This document shows, one piece after another, positions 62,667 to 64,000 of a stretch of 64,000 nucleotides of DNA. The position numbers and the translations under genes are program-made. The DNA comes from Podarcis erhardii (Eukaryota): assembly GCA_964252035.1 (NCBI GenBank), contig OZ176200.1; one strand, 5' to 3'. Each line of letters begins with the position of its first letter. The first letter of the stretch is position 1. The notes under the pieces were generated by a model. The model did not search any database, was not told where the DNA came from, and worked only from the letters and a program-made list of their open reading frames with translations.

Positions 62667-63031
62667 AAAGGTAAAGGACCCCTGACAGTTAAGTCTAGTT
62701 GCAGACGACTCTGGGGTTGTGGCGCTCATCTTGCATTACAGGCCGAGGGAGCAGACGTTTGTCCGCAGTTTTTCTGGGTCATGTGGCCAGCATGACTAAG
62801 CCGCTTCTGGTGAAACCAGAGCAGCATACGGAAGCGCCATTTACCTTCCCACCGGAGCGGTACCTATTTATCTACTTGCACTTTTTTTGGCATGTTTTCA
62901 AACTGCTAGGTTGGCAGGAGCTAGGACCGAGCAATGAGCGCTCACCCCATTGCATGGATTCGAACCACTGACCTTCTGATTGGCAAGCCCAAGAGGCTCA
63001 GTGGTTTAGACCACAGCACCACCCACGTCCC
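62667..63031 (-). mobile_element. Sauria SINE, full length, a different and more diverged subfamily
   Basis: aaaggtaaagg tail, acagttaagtc variant end, head ...ccacagcaccacccacgtccc; no clean TSD. Confidence 0.93.
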
Positions 63032-64000
63032 TGGCATCTATCTGGTTATCATAGGCTAATAACTGGCAGTCTTTTACTGTAATCACCTTCCTGCTGCTAC
63101 TGGTTAAGTTGCTGTTATGTCACAGAACAGTCACATACATTATAAATACTGTTGAGAGGACGCTTTCTCAATATTTGAAAAAGCAGTGCCATTGCTGTGA
63201 AGGGAATGTAAAGTTGCCAGAGTAAAGCTGCACAAAGACCCTTACAAAAAGGGGGTGGAGTGGTCTTGGTGAGAAGCAATAGTGGAAATCCAAGTAGGAA
63301 AATCCCTAGGAAGTAGCAGAGAAAAGAACAAGGGGTCTAAGAGGAAAGTTAGATGAAGGAAAGGGTGAAGAGATGAGGAAGAAATAGGAGCTGGGGACAA
63401 GATGGAATGAGAGGGGGAGCTGATAAAAATCTGTATAGGAACATAGAATCTGCTTTATTTTTCCTGTTTTGTCACACTGGAAAGTAACATTGGGGCAGAA
63501 AGTGGGGAAGTCACTCTCACTTGTGCCATGCTAGATATATCACATCAAATGAACTCTTTGCCACAGGTTGAGTGGGTGGGATTCTTATGCTCTGTTCTTT
63601 AGAAAATGGGATCTTTCTTTTTAAAACAATATCTGAGTGCCTCCAGGGTGTCCGTATTTTGCAAGAGGGGTTCAGGTACATGCAAGGACTTTAGTTTTGC
63701 ACAATTGAAGTGGATTAAAGCACAACAAATCGACTTTTGAAAAATAAAAAATGGACCTTTTGCAATTTGGGAAGTGATGGGGAAATGCATTGATAAGTGT
63801 GGGACTCACTAAGGAAAGACATACAAACACCCTGCTAGCATCTGCCCCATGAACAAAAAAGAATGAATGCACTGTAAAGACCAGATATCACCACCACTGT
63901 GCACACTTTGTGCAAGCAAATTGGAATGGCGAATAAAAAACTCATCTGAAGGAGCTTAATGTACTGGGTAAGCACTTCTCCTTTCATGTCCACCATATCA

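Noticed and set aside
1-64000. CRISPR array, operon, defence system or other novel multi-gene system
   Set aside because: The sequence is spliced vertebrate DNA. There are no regularly spaced repeat-spacer units, and all long ORFs are explained by TNS1 exons or the L1.
1-64000. Intact hammerhead ribozyme (CTGANGA-stem-GAAA) linked to the Penelope remnants
   Set aside because: The CTGAAGA/CTGATGA hits I inspected on both strands (e.g. 11824, 15814, 45022, 58782) lack a closing stem II plus GAAA. This was a manual scan; an Infernal search with the hammerhead models would settle it.

Overview
This is eukaryotic (squamate reptile) genomic DNA. The SINE subfamilies point to a lacertid lizard such as Podarcis, Lacerta or Zootoca. 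The window holds the 3' part of TNS1 (tensin-1) on the + strand. I reconstructed 17 GT-AG coding exons from 3317 to the TGA at 55582-55584. They are phase-consistent and total 4181 nt (2 nt plus 1393 codons including the stop). They encode the disordered middle region, the SH2 domain and the C-terminal PTB domain, followed by a probable ~5.2 kb 3' UTR. The upstream exons (C1/PTP/C2 domains) lie outside the window. The introns carry a young 5'-truncated L1 (2.8 kb, 14-bp TSD), three Sauria SINEs, tRNA-derived SINEs, CR1/MIR fragments, hAT and Tc1/mariner-pogo MITEs, and a Penelope-type inverted element. I found no CRISPR array, operon, RNA gene or second protein-coding gene, and no new multi-gene system. 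The best leads are (i) a module of frame-preserving phase-1 cassette exons and microexons in the tensin middle region, including two unannotated-looking candidates, (ii) a sense L1 with a polyA signal between the SH2 and PTB exons that could yield a PTB-less tensin, and (iii) a TSD-flanked palindromic Penelope-type insertion. All calls were made by eye; no alignment or database search was run.
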